DNA of 63,179 bases, the filler included, from Octopus bimaculoides (taxonomy: Eukaryota), in NCBI RefSeq assembly GCF_001194135.2. It is 7 parts of 6 records of this genome, joined end to end, with 100 filler letters (N's around TTAATTAATTAA, not from the genome) between each part and the next. Parts side by side here need not be neighbours in the genome. Positions count along the whole stretch, not along the records: positions 15,210 to 33,896 come from NC_068994.1; positions 33,997 to 51,637 come from NC_068992.1; 5 more parts are not named here. The stretch is one strand, 5' to 3'. Shown piece after piece: positions 27,733 through 39,420 of this stretch. The notes beneath the pieces were generated by a model. It was given only the letters and a program-made list of their open reading frames with translations. It did no database searches and was not told where the DNA came from. The stretch's first letter is position 1. Every line of letters starts with the position of its first letter. The position numbers and the translations under genes were made by a program.

Positions 27733-28485
27733 ACTAGCAGCTAAGCCCGGTTTCACCCGGTCTGTTTGGATGATGTGGCTGTGATCGTTTTCAGTTAGGC
27801 ATAATCTATAACAGCGTTTCTCAACCTTATCATTTCGGGTCCCCTGTTTCGATTGGAGCCTCCAGCTGTATGAAAATTTCCTCCCCTACCTGTCAGNNNN
27901 NNNNNNNNNNNNNNNNNNNNNNNNNNNNNNNNNNNNNCCCTTTCTTAATTTTTTTTTTTTCTGACAGAAACCCTCCTTTTCTGCTACAGGGAATACAATT
28001 CTGCAAAAAATTGGCAAAAATCAACATTTCTAAATTGGATGTGTGTGTTTTTGCGGATAATTTGGTGGGAGTTTTGCAGTCAGCACAAGGTGGTTTGCGT
28101 TTATCTCTCGAGTCGAATTGTTGTGAATTTGTCTGTAATAGCAATGCCCGGACAAGAGAAAATATTTTTTAATATGTTGTTGGGAAAAAAAGGGGATCTT
28201 TTGAAGTCGGCGTGAAAGCAAAAGAGACAGCAAGAGCACGGTTGCATTAGTGAAGTTCTTTTGAAGTTGCATGAGATGGAAGAATTGATGTGCATGCATG
28301 CATGCGTGTGTGTGTTTGATGGGGTGTGCAAGACAGAATGTTTGGTGTGTATATGAATTGCTTTTGTGAGTGTGTGTGAAGAGACAGAGAGAGTAATGTT
28401 GATGGTCTGTGTGTATCTGAAAGAGAGATAACTAAAATTTTTCATTCAGTTTTTGTAGTGAGTGATTGACAGAGAGAGAGAGTGG
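27733..28485 (-). mobile_element. Non-autonomous Helitron-like element
   Basis: Minus-strand end CCGGGTGAAACCGGG hairpin, 8 nt spacer, CTAG|T into (AT)n; putative TC-starting 5' end near 28470-28485. Contains a gap. Confidence 0.55.
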
Positions 28486-28514
28486 TTATGTATGTATGTA
28501 TGAATGGCTTCAGT

Positions 28515-28555
<41 letters not shown>

Positions 28556-28739
28556 GCTTGCAGGTTGTTTTAATCGATTTTCTCAGTAACTATGTTGGGC
28601 TAGGAAAAAAAATACAAACTGGATTGCAATCTATGCACCAGTCTCCACATGTGTGCCATTTTTCACGCAAATCCACCCAGCTGTTTGGCTGTGAACCTCA
28701 AGACAAGAAAGAATACAATGTTCACTCATGTCAAATTTA

Positions 28740-28925
28740 TATTAGATTGCTGACCACTACACACACTTTTTTCACTCCTTGTTTCTTTCTATGTTCCTTT
28801 CTGTGGAAGAGTGTAGGCTCGAAACGTTAAAGACTTTTTCAATTCCTGAGCGTTATACTAATACATCTATTTGTTTTCTGCACCACCTGTCTTCGTCTGT
28901 TGTTTTTTTGTGAATTCTCCCTATA
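28740..28925 (+). mobile_element. Short repeat (family C) carrying a hammerhead-like motif
   Basis: Homologous to 57553-57722 and, in reverse, to 56853-56910; motif at 28797-28832. Confidence 0.7.
28797..28832 (+). ncRNA. Hammerhead-like motif, variant core CUGUGGA
   Basis: CTTT-CTGTGGA-A-GAGT-gtag-GCTC-GAAA-C-GTT-AAAG. Confidence 0.45.
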
Positions 28926-28939
28926 TATATATATATTTG

Positions 28940-29250
28940 TTTTGCAAGATTCTTGATGTGAAATCGTGTGTTAAATAGATATTGTTGTATTTGGGGATGC
29001 TCATGTTGCCAGTTTAGCCAATAAAAACACACGCACTATATATTTGGTGTTAATTTGCTTCAGCTTTATTTTACATAAATCGTATTTCGGCCAGAGTTCT
29101 TTTGGCACACTTCTGTGACCTCATCAGTGGTCCTTTGCTTTCTTCTTTCCTATTTGTGTGTTTTTCCTTACTAACGATCAGCCATTTTGTATTTTGTATT
29201 CCTATTGTATGTGTCTTTATTTGCACATGCGTGTCCCCCTATGTGTATCT
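28940..29250 (-). mobile_element. Short repeat (family D), copy 1, with hammerhead-like core at 29078-29130
   Basis: Inverted homolog of 30480-30770; CTGATGA-GGTCA...TGGCC-GAAA-TACGATT. Confidence 0.7.
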
Positions 29251-29254
29251 ATGT

Positions 29255-29431
29255 TTAGTAGAACCCCCGGATCTATTTTAAAATGGGGGCGCCAGTTTTC
29301 ATTTATGTTTTATGTAGTGTTTTTGGTACGGAAAGACTTTCAAACTTCGTATACTTATCTATTTTGTGTTATAGAACAGAAAAATATTTTTGTATTCGAA
29401 TTTATTTCATGTAAAAAATTGTCTTATTTCG
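29255..29431 (+). repeat. Interspersed repeat related to 61135-61290
   Basis: Shared blocks AAACTTCGTATACTT, TAGAACAGA and TATTCGAA.TTATTTCATGT; truncated by a gap. Confidence 0.7.
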
Positions 29432-30479
29432 NNNNNNNNNNNNNNNNNNNNNNNNNNNNNNNNNNNNNNNNNNNNNNNNNNNNNNNNNNNNNNNNNNNNN
29501 NNNNNNNNNNNNNNNNNNNNNNNNNNNNNNNNNNNNNNNNNNNNNNNNNNNNNNNNNNNNNNNNNNNNNNNNNNNNNNNNNNNNNNNNNNNNNNNNNNNN
29601 NNNNNNNNNNNNNNNNNNNNNNNNNNNNNNNNNNNNNNNNNNNNNNNNNNNNNNNNNNNNNNNNNNNNNNNNNNNNNNNNNNNNNNNNNNNNNNNNNNNN
29701 NNNNNNNNNNNNNNNNNNNNNNNNNNNNNNNNNNNNNNNNNNNNNNNNNNNNNNNNNNNNNNNNNNNNNNNNNNNNNNNNNNNNNNNNNNNNNNNNNNNN
29801 NNNNNNNNNNNNNNNNNNNNNNNNNNNNNNNNNNNNNNNNNNNNNNNNNNNNNNNNNNNNNNNNNNNNNNNNNNNNNNNNNNNNNNNNNNNNNNNNNNNN
29901 NNNNNNNNNNNNNNNNNNNNNNNNNNNNNNNNNNNNNNNNNNNNNNNNNNNNNNNNNNNNNNNNNNNNNNNNNNNNNNNNNNNNNNNNNNNNNNNNNNNN
30001 NNNNNNNNNNNNNNNNNNNNNNNNNNNNNNNNNNNNNNNNNNNNNNNNNNNNNNNNNNNNNNNNNNNNNNNNNNNNNNNNNNNNNNNNNNNNNNNNNNNN
30101 NNNNNNNNNNNNNNNNNNNNNNNNNNNNNNNNNNNNNNNNNNNNNNNNNNNNNNNNNNNNNNNNNNNNNNNNNNNNNNNNNNNNNNNNNNNNNNNNNNNN
30201 NNNNNNNNNNNNNNNNNNNNNNCACACACCCCCAACACACCACAACATATGACAGAATAAAATCCCCATAAACTGATAACAATATGAACAAAATATAATA
30301 CAATACACAGATAAACAAATGGAATTAAATAACTATATACATTAACAAAATTAAATTAAATACAAAAATAATAATAATAATAAGTAGATATAAACACATG
30401 AACAAAATAAATAAAAACAAATTAAATGAACGTGTATAAACGGGATACAGATAATACAGGCACTCCCCACACACACACA

Positions 30480-30770
30480 CACACACTTACTAAACATAGA
30501 CACAGATAGGGGGATACGCATGCGCAAATAAAGACACATACAATAGGAATACAAAATAGAAGATGGCTGATCATTAGTAAGGAAAGACACACAAATAGGA
30601 AAGAAAAAAGCAAAGGACCACTGATGAGGTCACAGAAGTGTGCCAAAAGAACTCTGGCCGAAATACGATTCATGTAAAATAAAGCTGAAGCAAATTAACA
30701 CCAAATATATAGTGCGTGTGTTTTTATTGGCTAAACTGGCAACATGACCATCCCCAAATACAACAATATA
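30480..30770 (+). mobile_element. Short repeat (family D), copy 2, with hammerhead-like core at 30615-30672
   Basis: Inverted homolog of 28940-29250. Confidence 0.7.
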
Positions 30771-31879
30771 TATAATAGCTGAATATAAAATACATGCATA
30801 TATACTAGCTGAATATATCTGTGGTTCTGGAAAACCAATTTTCCTATATTTCTTTTGTTCTCATCAGACTTTTGCCTGTTTTGCTATTTGTGTGCAAACA
30901 TTATTGCACTTTTTTAACTCCTTCCTTTGCTCTCCTTGTTTCTTTGTTGCTATTGTACATTTCTGTCAGTCAGTGTTACTTCTCATCAACATTAGTTTCA
31001 TTTTGCTTGATATATTAGAAATCGAATTTCATATCTACTCCTTTGTAGATTATCAACTTTAAGAATAAATGACATAATGGCTCTTACGTGATTGTTTGAT
31101 CTGGACTATCCTTCAAAAACCTAAATTATTCTCTTCAATTATCAATATTTCTGAAGTATTTTGAATGAAAATATCACAATTTTCACATTTCTATGGTCTT
31201 TCCCATTTAAACAATTTATATGATATTTTAACTACATTTATTTAGTTTTTGGAATAAATATTGCATTGTACTTTAAAAAAATATTTTGTTATTCTTGTCA
31301 AAATTTTTTGGGGTTTTCCCACTTAAACAGAGCACCTTTTGCCTTTTCTTATATGTTCCTTTTTCTCTCTTTATATGCTACTGTGTAAATATGTTTTTCA
31401 CCATGTTAATTGAAAAGCTGAATGAACAAGTAGGCGTGTGTGTGTGTGTGGTGCAAATATAAGAAAAAGTTATCCAGTTAAGTATAACTTAATTTGGTTA
31501 GTAAAAAGTGGCTAGAATTCTGAGTTTTTTTTTTTAATTTAGCAAAGACTCATTTGAATCTTGCTAGAGTCATCAATCATTCATTTTAGCTGAAGACAAA
31601 CATTAAACAGGATGGACAAAATATGATCTTCTGATTGGTCAGTGGGATCATAAGGTTTATAGGGAGAGAGAAAGGGATACTTTGATGTAGCCAAAATTAT
31701 AATATAATGAAGTTAATAAGCAAAATTAGGTAAAAGTGGGTTAACTTGCATATGGTTAGTAGGTTTGTAGACATGTAATTTTCCTTAATGCATGGGACTT
31801 AAGCCAATGAACCCCTAGTTGATACCAATGACTTCAACATAATGTGTATACACACACACTAACCGACACACATGCACAC

Positions 31880-32050
31880 AAACAAACAAAAAGAACGCTG
31901 TGTGAATAATGGACAGTGTCAAAACTATTGAAAAGGTTGCAAGATGCAACAAAAATTTTAGAAAAATAAAGAAGGAAATGAGTGGAAATTGCACCGGTGA
32001 GTGTGTTAAATTATAAGGCACTAAAAGAGAATGACCCTCCCCAGACACAA
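31880..32050 (+). repeat. Short repeat (family E), inverted relative to 43330-43480
   Basis: About 150 bp of clear similarity (GAAATGAGTGGAAATT...CCGGTGAGTGTGTTAAATT...GGCACTAAAAGAGAATGAC). Confidence 0.8.
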
Positions 32051-32857
32051 CAAGATATATATATTAATAACAATAATAATCCTTGGATGCAATTTATGAA
32101 TATTTTAATGCATCACCACACATTTCCACAAATCATGTTTCTTAAGATCATACCCGTATTCCTAGGATGATTACAGTGCAGTCCGAAGCATCCATAGACA
32201 TCGGGTAGATCATGTTCATGCATTCATTTCTTCAGGTGAAGTATCATTAATGGATGTTTAACTTGGGTTGTTTACTAATTTTGATGAATGAGAAGGTTGA
32301 TTGGGATATGCAGGCATTTCTGTGTTTATTTGGTGGGGAGGAGTGGAAAGAGAGGAAGGAATGGTAGTTATAGAGAAATGGAGGTGTGATTGTGGTAATG
32401 TTGGACTTATTTTGCTATTTGAGTATGCAGATGTCAGGATGGATAGTATGGGTTTTTGCTTGATCTTATTCACAGCAGGCCCCTCCTCAATGAATCAGAA
32501 GTAGCTGGGTAAGCAAATACAGCCACCACATGCAGTTGTTGGAGTTCATTGTCTGAGTTGACAAACGATACTTTTTGTGGTATAATGGTATGGCATATAG
32601 TATATGAAAATAGTGGTTATTTTGCTTAGTTGTTTATGCTCTTCCCTTGTTCTATTATATGCTAAAGGTAGCTTGTATTTTTCTGTTTCAAAATGTTTTT
32701 TTCTTTTTATTCTAGGAGTGATGCCTTTTTTTTATGCTTTTATGTGACCCCGAAAAACTGGTATTGCTAGTTGGCATCTTTAGGTTGTAGCCAGCATATT
32801 AGAAGAGGACATTTTATTCAAAATGCTTCCTGTAAATGAACTTAAAGGGTATATGTA

Positions 32858-33560
32858 CAGGGTGGGGAAGCAAAACTCGGGGAATAATAGATAATTCACC
32901 AAATTATATATATTACAACAACCAGCAACCTGACATAAATATAATTTTAACACAAGTATATTGGGGTATAAAGAGAAAATTTATTTAATATGTCTGCCTT
33001 CATTGTCCCCCACAACCTTCACATGCTACCTGAAAGCGTCACAACTCTTCATGATGAAGTACTCAGACATGTCCCACTCTTCCCTCAGGATTTGCTTAAA
33101 ATGATCAAGACTTGGAGGCAAAGTTCTGTTGGTAGAGTGCTCCGATTTGCCCCATACAGCATAGTCCAGGGAGTTCAAGTCTGGGCTAGAAGAAAGCTAG
33201 AAGTTGGCAGGTCAAAAGTTGGCGAAGTTGTCTTTGCAGAATTTCTGCAATTTCTTCACCGTATCAGCAGGAGAGCCATCTTGGGTCCACACATAATTAC
33301 CGATGGGGTAGTTAGACTTCAGCTAAGGCAAAACTTTATACTGCAGGACTTTATAATAAATGTCAGCCCCTACCTTTTCCCCAAACTTGAAAAAATGGAG
33401 AGGCATCTTTTTTCCATCAGATGCCACGACTCCCAGTATCATGACTTGATCTGGGGGCTTGGTCCTAAAGATGCCCTTTACTTCAGAAGGTCACTTAGCA
33501 ATGTATCGATCATTGTGATGTTTTAAAACAGCATCAGTGGTAAAGATATTTCCATCTGAA
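32858..33560 (-). mobile_element. maT/DD37D-like transposase remnant with 3' TIR
   Basis: TA|CAGGGTGGGGAAGC terminus; YVWTQDGSPADT...KFCKDNFANF...SSPDLNSLDYAVWG. Confidence 0.8.
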
Positions 33561-33609
33561 AAAATTATATACATTTAGATACAAATAATTACAGAGGCAT
33601 CAAGCTGTT

Positions 33610-33896
33610 AGATCAGGTTATGAAAGTTACGGAGAGGGTCATAGCCCAACTAATTATGGAGCGAATCAATTTAGATGAGATGCAGTTTGGGTTCGTGCCA
33701 GGTAAAAGCACTACTGATGCCATATTTCTAGTAAGACAGCTGCAGGAGAAATACCTAGCCAAGGATAAACCTCTGTACCTGGCTTTCGTTGACATGGAGA
33801 AAGCCTTTGACAGGGTCCCCTGATCCCTTATCTGGTGGTCAATGAGGAAACTTGGGATAGAAGAATGGTTAGAGAGAGCTGTGCAAGCCATGTACA
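33610..33896 (+). mobile_element. RTE-clade LINE RT fragment
   Basis: MKVTERVIAQLIMERINLDEMQFGFVPGKSTTDAIFLVRQLQEKYLAKDKPLYLAFVDMEKAFDRVP. Confidence 0.92.
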
Positions 33897-34286
33897 NNNN
33901 NNNNNNNNNNNNNNNNNNNNNNNNNNNNNNNNNNNNNNNNTTAATTAATTAANNNNNNNNNNNNNNNNNNNNNNNNNNNNNNNNNNNNNNNNNNNNAAAT
34001 ATATCAAGAAGTTTTAAATCATCATCTGTTGTCCTCAGTGGTAAATGTCCTGGGTAGGCGGTTATTGTCCGGGGGGGGGGGGGTTAAATGTCCTAGACTC
34101 ATGTAAAACATCCAATTCACTGGTACATCAATTGAATACCACAGAAATAGGGGTATAATACAAATTACAAGCAATAAATTAAATAGAGTGATTCGATTGA
34201 CAATTTAACTATTTATCTATATTATAACATAACATAATAGACTATGGATATAATATAATATAACATAAATAATTATCAAAAAACCT

Positions 34287-34373
34287 AAAACGCCAACAAT
34301 TTGTTTCGACTTATATACACTTTTTGATTTATAAACAATTTATATCCATGTATATAAGTCTCTTCAGGGTTTA
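34287..34373 (-). ncRNA. Type I hammerhead-ribozyme motif, canonical core
   Basis: Minus strand: CC-CTGAAGA-GACTTATATAC-(31 nt)-GTATATAAGTC-GAAA-CAAATT-GTT^GG; perfect 11-bp stem II, near-palindromic stem III, short stem I. Confidence 0.7.
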
Positions 34374-35009
34374 TGTTCAAAAGACAGGCAAATTCCGTGT
34401 GAAAGGACGGGCAGATTGCAAAAAAAAATCGATTCAAATATCTATGTCTAGGAGCGCGAGCTTTAACTTTCCAACTACATAACAATTACAATTTTAAAAA
34501 TTATAGCGGACAAAATAATTAAGTAAATAGAATATACATCTATCGAAATATATTTCTATATATCTCAAATAACATTAATCCAAATTCGTTTAACAACATA
34601 CAACAACAATATATAAGTATATAAATGAATTATGTATCAGGGTCTTACTTAATCTAGAGACGGTAATAAAACGTATAAATAAATATTCATTCTCTAAATG
34701 TGCTTCTGGTATTACAACTAACGAATTATTTATATGCAATACTTTTCATTTACTTATAATTACACAAAAAAAAATTACACAAGCTATATAAATGATAATA
34801 TAGTATTATATTAATATGATAATATATAACAACTCTTCTCTTTTATTTAAAGTTACTGATATAAAAATAGTTTGAAGTAACTAACAAAAAAATGTTCTTT
34901 ATTCTCGTAGTTTATCGGAGGGAGAATTCCGTAAAAAAATGTTGTTATATTATAATGTAAATAACTTGTTAGATTGTCAGTTGGATCTCTCTATTTAATT
35001 TATTGTTTG

Positions 35010-35064
<55 letters not shown>

Positions 35065-35069
35065 ATGTA

Positions 35070-35280
35070 TGTATTTGTGTGTTTGTGTCCACCATCGCTG
35101 GACAACCGCTGTTGGTATGTTTACATCCCCGTAACCTAGCGGTTCGGCAAACGAGCCCGATAGAATAAGTACCAAGCTTACAAAGAATAAGTCTAAGGGT
35201 CGATTTCTTCGACTAAAATGCGGTGCTCCAGCATGGCTACAGTCAAAATGGCTCAAACAAGTAAAAGAGTAAAAGAGTAT
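35070..35280 (+). mobile_element. SINE family A, 3' half
   Basis: CCACCATCGCTGGACAACCG...GCGGTGCTCCAGCATGGCTACAGTC...AAGTAAAAGAGTAAAAGAG. Confidence 0.85.
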
Positions 35281-35315
35281 AAATAAAATGACGATAAGAA
35301 GATTCTTATAAATGA

Positions 35316-35693
35316 GTTAGATTAGAAAAAGAAGGCGGAAAAGAGTTTATTGAGATGAAAGATCGTTGCCCCTTATGTTTCCTAGAGTATGATTCCGCAT
35401 TGTTGGTGGATATGCCGGACATTAATGGAGAATAAGCGGCCAGGCGTGGTAAAATGACCGACCATGAGTTAACCCAGGATGCCCTGGACAAATTGTGCGT
35501 AGATGCATGTGAAAATTGTCAACCAGGCGACGACCAACTTCTCTGACACAAAGAGCACCTCAAAGTTTACCTACGATTTATTCTGGAATATGTGGTTGGT
35601 GATATTCTCCGCCTTATTCATGTTAGGAGAATGTTGTGTACGACAAGCATAGGTGAAGGTAGTTATGTGATAGAGGAGCTAAGGAGATTCTAA
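35316..35693 (+). pseudogene. Unidentified decayed reading frame
   Basis: 126 codons with two internal stops: VRLEKEGGKEFIEMKDRCPLCFLEYDSALLVDMPDINGE*...DKLCVDACENCQ...*HKEHLKVYLRFILEYVVGDILRLIHVRR. Confidence 0.3.
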
Positions 35694-36329
35694 CTAATAT
35701 CGGGTTTGGCATGATGATATCCACACATAGAAATAATATGAAGATTCACCTGAAAATAAATTCCAAGGTGCATTATATATATATAGGAATAATTAAGATG
35801 CAGTTGAATTAGGTAATTAAGTTGAGCCACCAAGTCAGTCGGTATTATCCGCACAACTCGAAGGTGAATAAAATCAAAATAAGTAACAGGATGTCAAGGA
35901 TCAGTGCAATACGACCGCTTCAAGCAGCTCCATTTAATTGAACGATGCAAGCATTACATCAAATTAAATACAATGCCAATTTCAGTTGCAAGAAATATGG
36001 ATTTTCAACAGACAAGATATATTAACGGTCGTATTGCATTAATACTTGACATCTTGTTACTTATTTTGATTATATATATATATATATATCTATATATATA
36101 TATATATAATGCACCTTAGGAATATATAGAAGAAAGCGGTAATAATTCAAAAGTCGCCGAAAGGGAAACAACCCAATTTAACAGTTAAAAACGTAGAATC
36201 GAATAAAAATTCAGCTGGAAATAGAACAAATATAACGTTATATGACAGAATAAATAGTAAAGAACTTGGTAGAAATGAATTTGATTTTACCATGAATGAT
36301 TAAATTAATACTAAATCTGAGACAAATAT

Positions 36330-36720
36330 AAAAAAATATCTCAGCAATTGTTCTAAACGAGACACCTGTTATGTGAATAATAAATGTAAAACTGAGACTG
36401 TATTATATAGATTTAAAGTTATATCTGAGGGAAATGAATACTTTTTACATCGGTGCAACTGAATTAATTTTCAAAAAGAAACTGGTTCACTTAAAGTTCA
36501 TGTAGAGATAAAAATAAAAGATTCTAAACAAGTCTAAGTAAATAAATCTGGTCTATTAAAGGCAGAAACAAAGACTGTACCATAAATTGGGAATTAATTA
36601 ATATTGTAAAATCATACAAACCAGAAACTAATAAATGTGACTTGTGTTTAGAAGAATTTCACCAAATTTTTACATCTAAGGGTAATACAAGCTTTAAGAT
36701 GCTTGCATATGAGGAAATCA
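36330..36720 (+). mobile_element. Penelope-like GIY-YIG endonuclease remnant
   Basis: NCSKRDTCYVNNKCKTETVLYRFKV...YIGATE...IWSIK...INWELINIVKSYKPETNKCDLCLEE. Confidence 0.8.
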
Positions 36721-37289
36721 ACCTTTGCTTAAAATAAATGAGTAATAGACATTTGAACAACAGAATGCTTTGAAATAACTGGCTACAGGTGATTATCCAA
36801 TCAAAACTTGAATTGAAAACATTCTGCGTCTACATTAACGAACAGCTCCACATCATACAACACAGAGTAGATAAACGAAAACCTTTAGACAGTTAAACCA
36901 AAGGATATTAAAGAGAAGACTCTTAAGAAACTGCACGGGTATTATAGTAGGGTTGAAATTGCAACGGTCACTAATCGATGCGGTAGAAATATGTGTAGGT
37001 CCATATATATATATATATATATATATAAAGAAATTAAAGGTAATGCTGTGCTACTTCGTAATAATCATTATTATTTTATATATATATGTCTTATCTTCGA
37101 AACGTCTAGATAGAATAGAGACAGCTGATGAAGGGATATTCCAAGTGGCTTTCCGTTTTCCTATGTGTTCGTTCCGTTGTCTGTAGTTTATTGTTCTAAC
37201 GTCCTGTACCCTGATATGCATATATATACACATGTAGATGTAAGTATGGACATATATGTGTGTATACATGTATATATATTCTTTGTATT

Positions 37290-37365
<76 letters not shown>

Positions 37366-37402
37366 ATATATACCTATATGTATATATATATATACATATA
37401 TA

Positions 37403-38048
37403 TATAAAATTATAAATATTATTGCAATACAATAGTATTATTTTCCAGCTAAATAAAGCACCGCAAACGTAGAATTTAAATAGGAAATAGTGGCACAACA
37501 AGACACCAATGTTTGCTGGAAATAGCAGTCGAAAATAGTACGACGTTATGTAAAGCTTTACTGAATGTATACTGGCAAAGATATGTGCGGGCAGCGAATA
37601 TAAAAAATTGTCGTCTTACCTCTAGAAAGAACACCGGATAGATGGACAACCTAGAATGGCTAATCTAGTACTCGAGTTTCGGACTTTCCTAATACCTCTG
37701 TTATCATAAATTCAGTTAATCCTTGTCTGGTAGATTCACGAAATTTTAAAATATTCGTAACATCAATGCCAGTATATTCGGTTGAACGCCTAGATCAGTG
37801 GAAAGGTTTTATATAAAAATTATAAATATCATTGCAATACAATAGTATTATTTTCCAGCTAAATAAAAAAAAACCGTAAAGGTAGAATTTAAATAGGAAA
37901 TAGTAGCATAACAAGGCACCAATGTTTGTTGTAAATAGTAGTTGATAACCGAACGATGCTATGTAAAACTTCACTGAATGTATGCTGGCAAAGATGTGCG
38001 CGGGCAGCGAATATAAAAAAATTTCGTCTTACCCCTAGGAAGAACACC

Positions 38049-38050
<2 letters not shown>
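37403..38050 (+). repeat. Two diverged direct repeats of about 240 bp (37403-37640, 37812-38050) around a 170-bp spacer
   Basis: Both start TATAAAATTATAAATA.ATTGCAATACAATAG and end TCGTCTTACC.CTAG.AAGAACACCGG. Confidence 0.9.
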
Positions 38051-38083
<33 letters not shown>

Positions 38084-38087
<4 letters not shown>

Positions 38088-38838
38088 GTTGTAACGAAAG
38101 TTCTGTCCGTTTTTAAGGATAATTTATAAGACATGATTACACCAATCTAGCTTCTACATGATATTAGTAGCTATCTAAATCACTAAAACATTTCTTCTTT
38201 CAGATTACCCAAATGTACACTCCAAGTAAAGAGCACATACGGCATGTTTTACAGCTTGACTTTCAGAAGGGGAACACAGCAAGTTCAGAAGTAAGATCAC
38301 TCAAAAACATTTATGAAAATGATGTGGTAAATGAAAGAACATGCAGAAGATGATTTTCACGTTTCAATAAAGGTGACTTCAGTCTAAAAGATGAAGCAAG
38401 AGAACGACGCCCCTAAAGGATTCAATTCTGAGGAATTGCAAGCTACTGTTAATGAAAATCCAACCATTAGGGAACTAAGCAACGAGTTTAACGTGAGCCA
38501 TATGACCATCTATTGTGAAATAATAAGGCTTGGAAGATAAGTTCCACATAATCTGTCAGAAAATGATCGTAAATAACGTGTAGACTGCTGTGTCTCGTTG
38601 CATTCTCTTGAACTTCAAACACCGCTTACTACAAGAGAAGAGGTTGAAATGAAGCTAGTTTCTTTTTTCGAGTTAGAACCAAATGAATTTTATGAAAAAG
38701 GTACCAAAAAGCTTCGGGATGGATGGGAAGATGTCATTGAAAAGAATGGTGGCTATGATAATGATTAAATAAATCTATTTTTGGCTGCATTTTCATTTTT
38801 ATTTCAGTTAGAAAAACGGACAGAACTTTCGTTACAAC

Positions 38839-38839
<1 letters not shown>
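38084..38839 (+). mobile_element. Internally deleted mariner element with both TIRs
   Basis: TIRs GGTTGTAACGAAAGTTCTGTCCGTTTTT / AAAAACGGACAGAACTTTCGTTACAACC; transposase remnant YENDVVNERTCRR*FSRFNKGDFSLKDE. Confidence 0.9.
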
Positions 38840-38904
<65 letters not shown>

Positions 38905-38906
<2 letters not shown>

Positions 38907-39085
38907 GAAGAAAGCAACAAAAATGTATTAGGTTATAGCAGTACGTACGTTTTCGTACAAACTTCATATATTTATGTAGTGAGAACACCATATCTTATAT
39001 GGTGTTCTCACTACATAAATAAATGAAGTTTGTACGAAATGTACGTACTGCTATAACTTAATACATTTTTGTTGCTTTTCTTCAA
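38905..39085. repeat. Near-perfect 180-bp palindrome
   Basis: Arms of about 88 bp around a loop of about 5 nt near 38995, with a few mismatches. Confidence 0.92.
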
Positions 39086-39315
39086 NNNNNNNNNNNNNNN
39101 NNNNNNNNNNNNNNNNNNNNNNNNNNNNNNNNNNNNNNNNNNNNNNNNNNNNNNNNNNNNNNNNNNNNNNNNNNNNNNNNNNNNNNNNNNNNNNNNNNNN
39201 NNNNNNNNNNNNNNNNNNNNNNNNNNNNNNNNNNNNNNNNNNNNNNNNNNNNNNNNNNNNNNNNNNNNNNNNNNNNNNNNNNNNNNNNNNNNNNNNNNNN
39301 NNNNNNNNNNNNNNN

Positions 39316-39351
<36 letters not shown>

Positions 39352-39420
39352 CGATACGAGGAGTATCTGCAGCTGAAGATGTGATTTTGGGTTCCCTTGA
39401 GTCGATCAGTACAGATCAAA

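Noticed and set aside
37096-37140. GAAACGTC followed by CTGATGA as a type II hammerhead
   Set aside because: Neither stem I nor stem II can be paired convincingly.
37403-38050. CRISPR-like or other prokaryotic features
   Set aside because: Eukaryotic context; repeats are long, diverged and only two copies.
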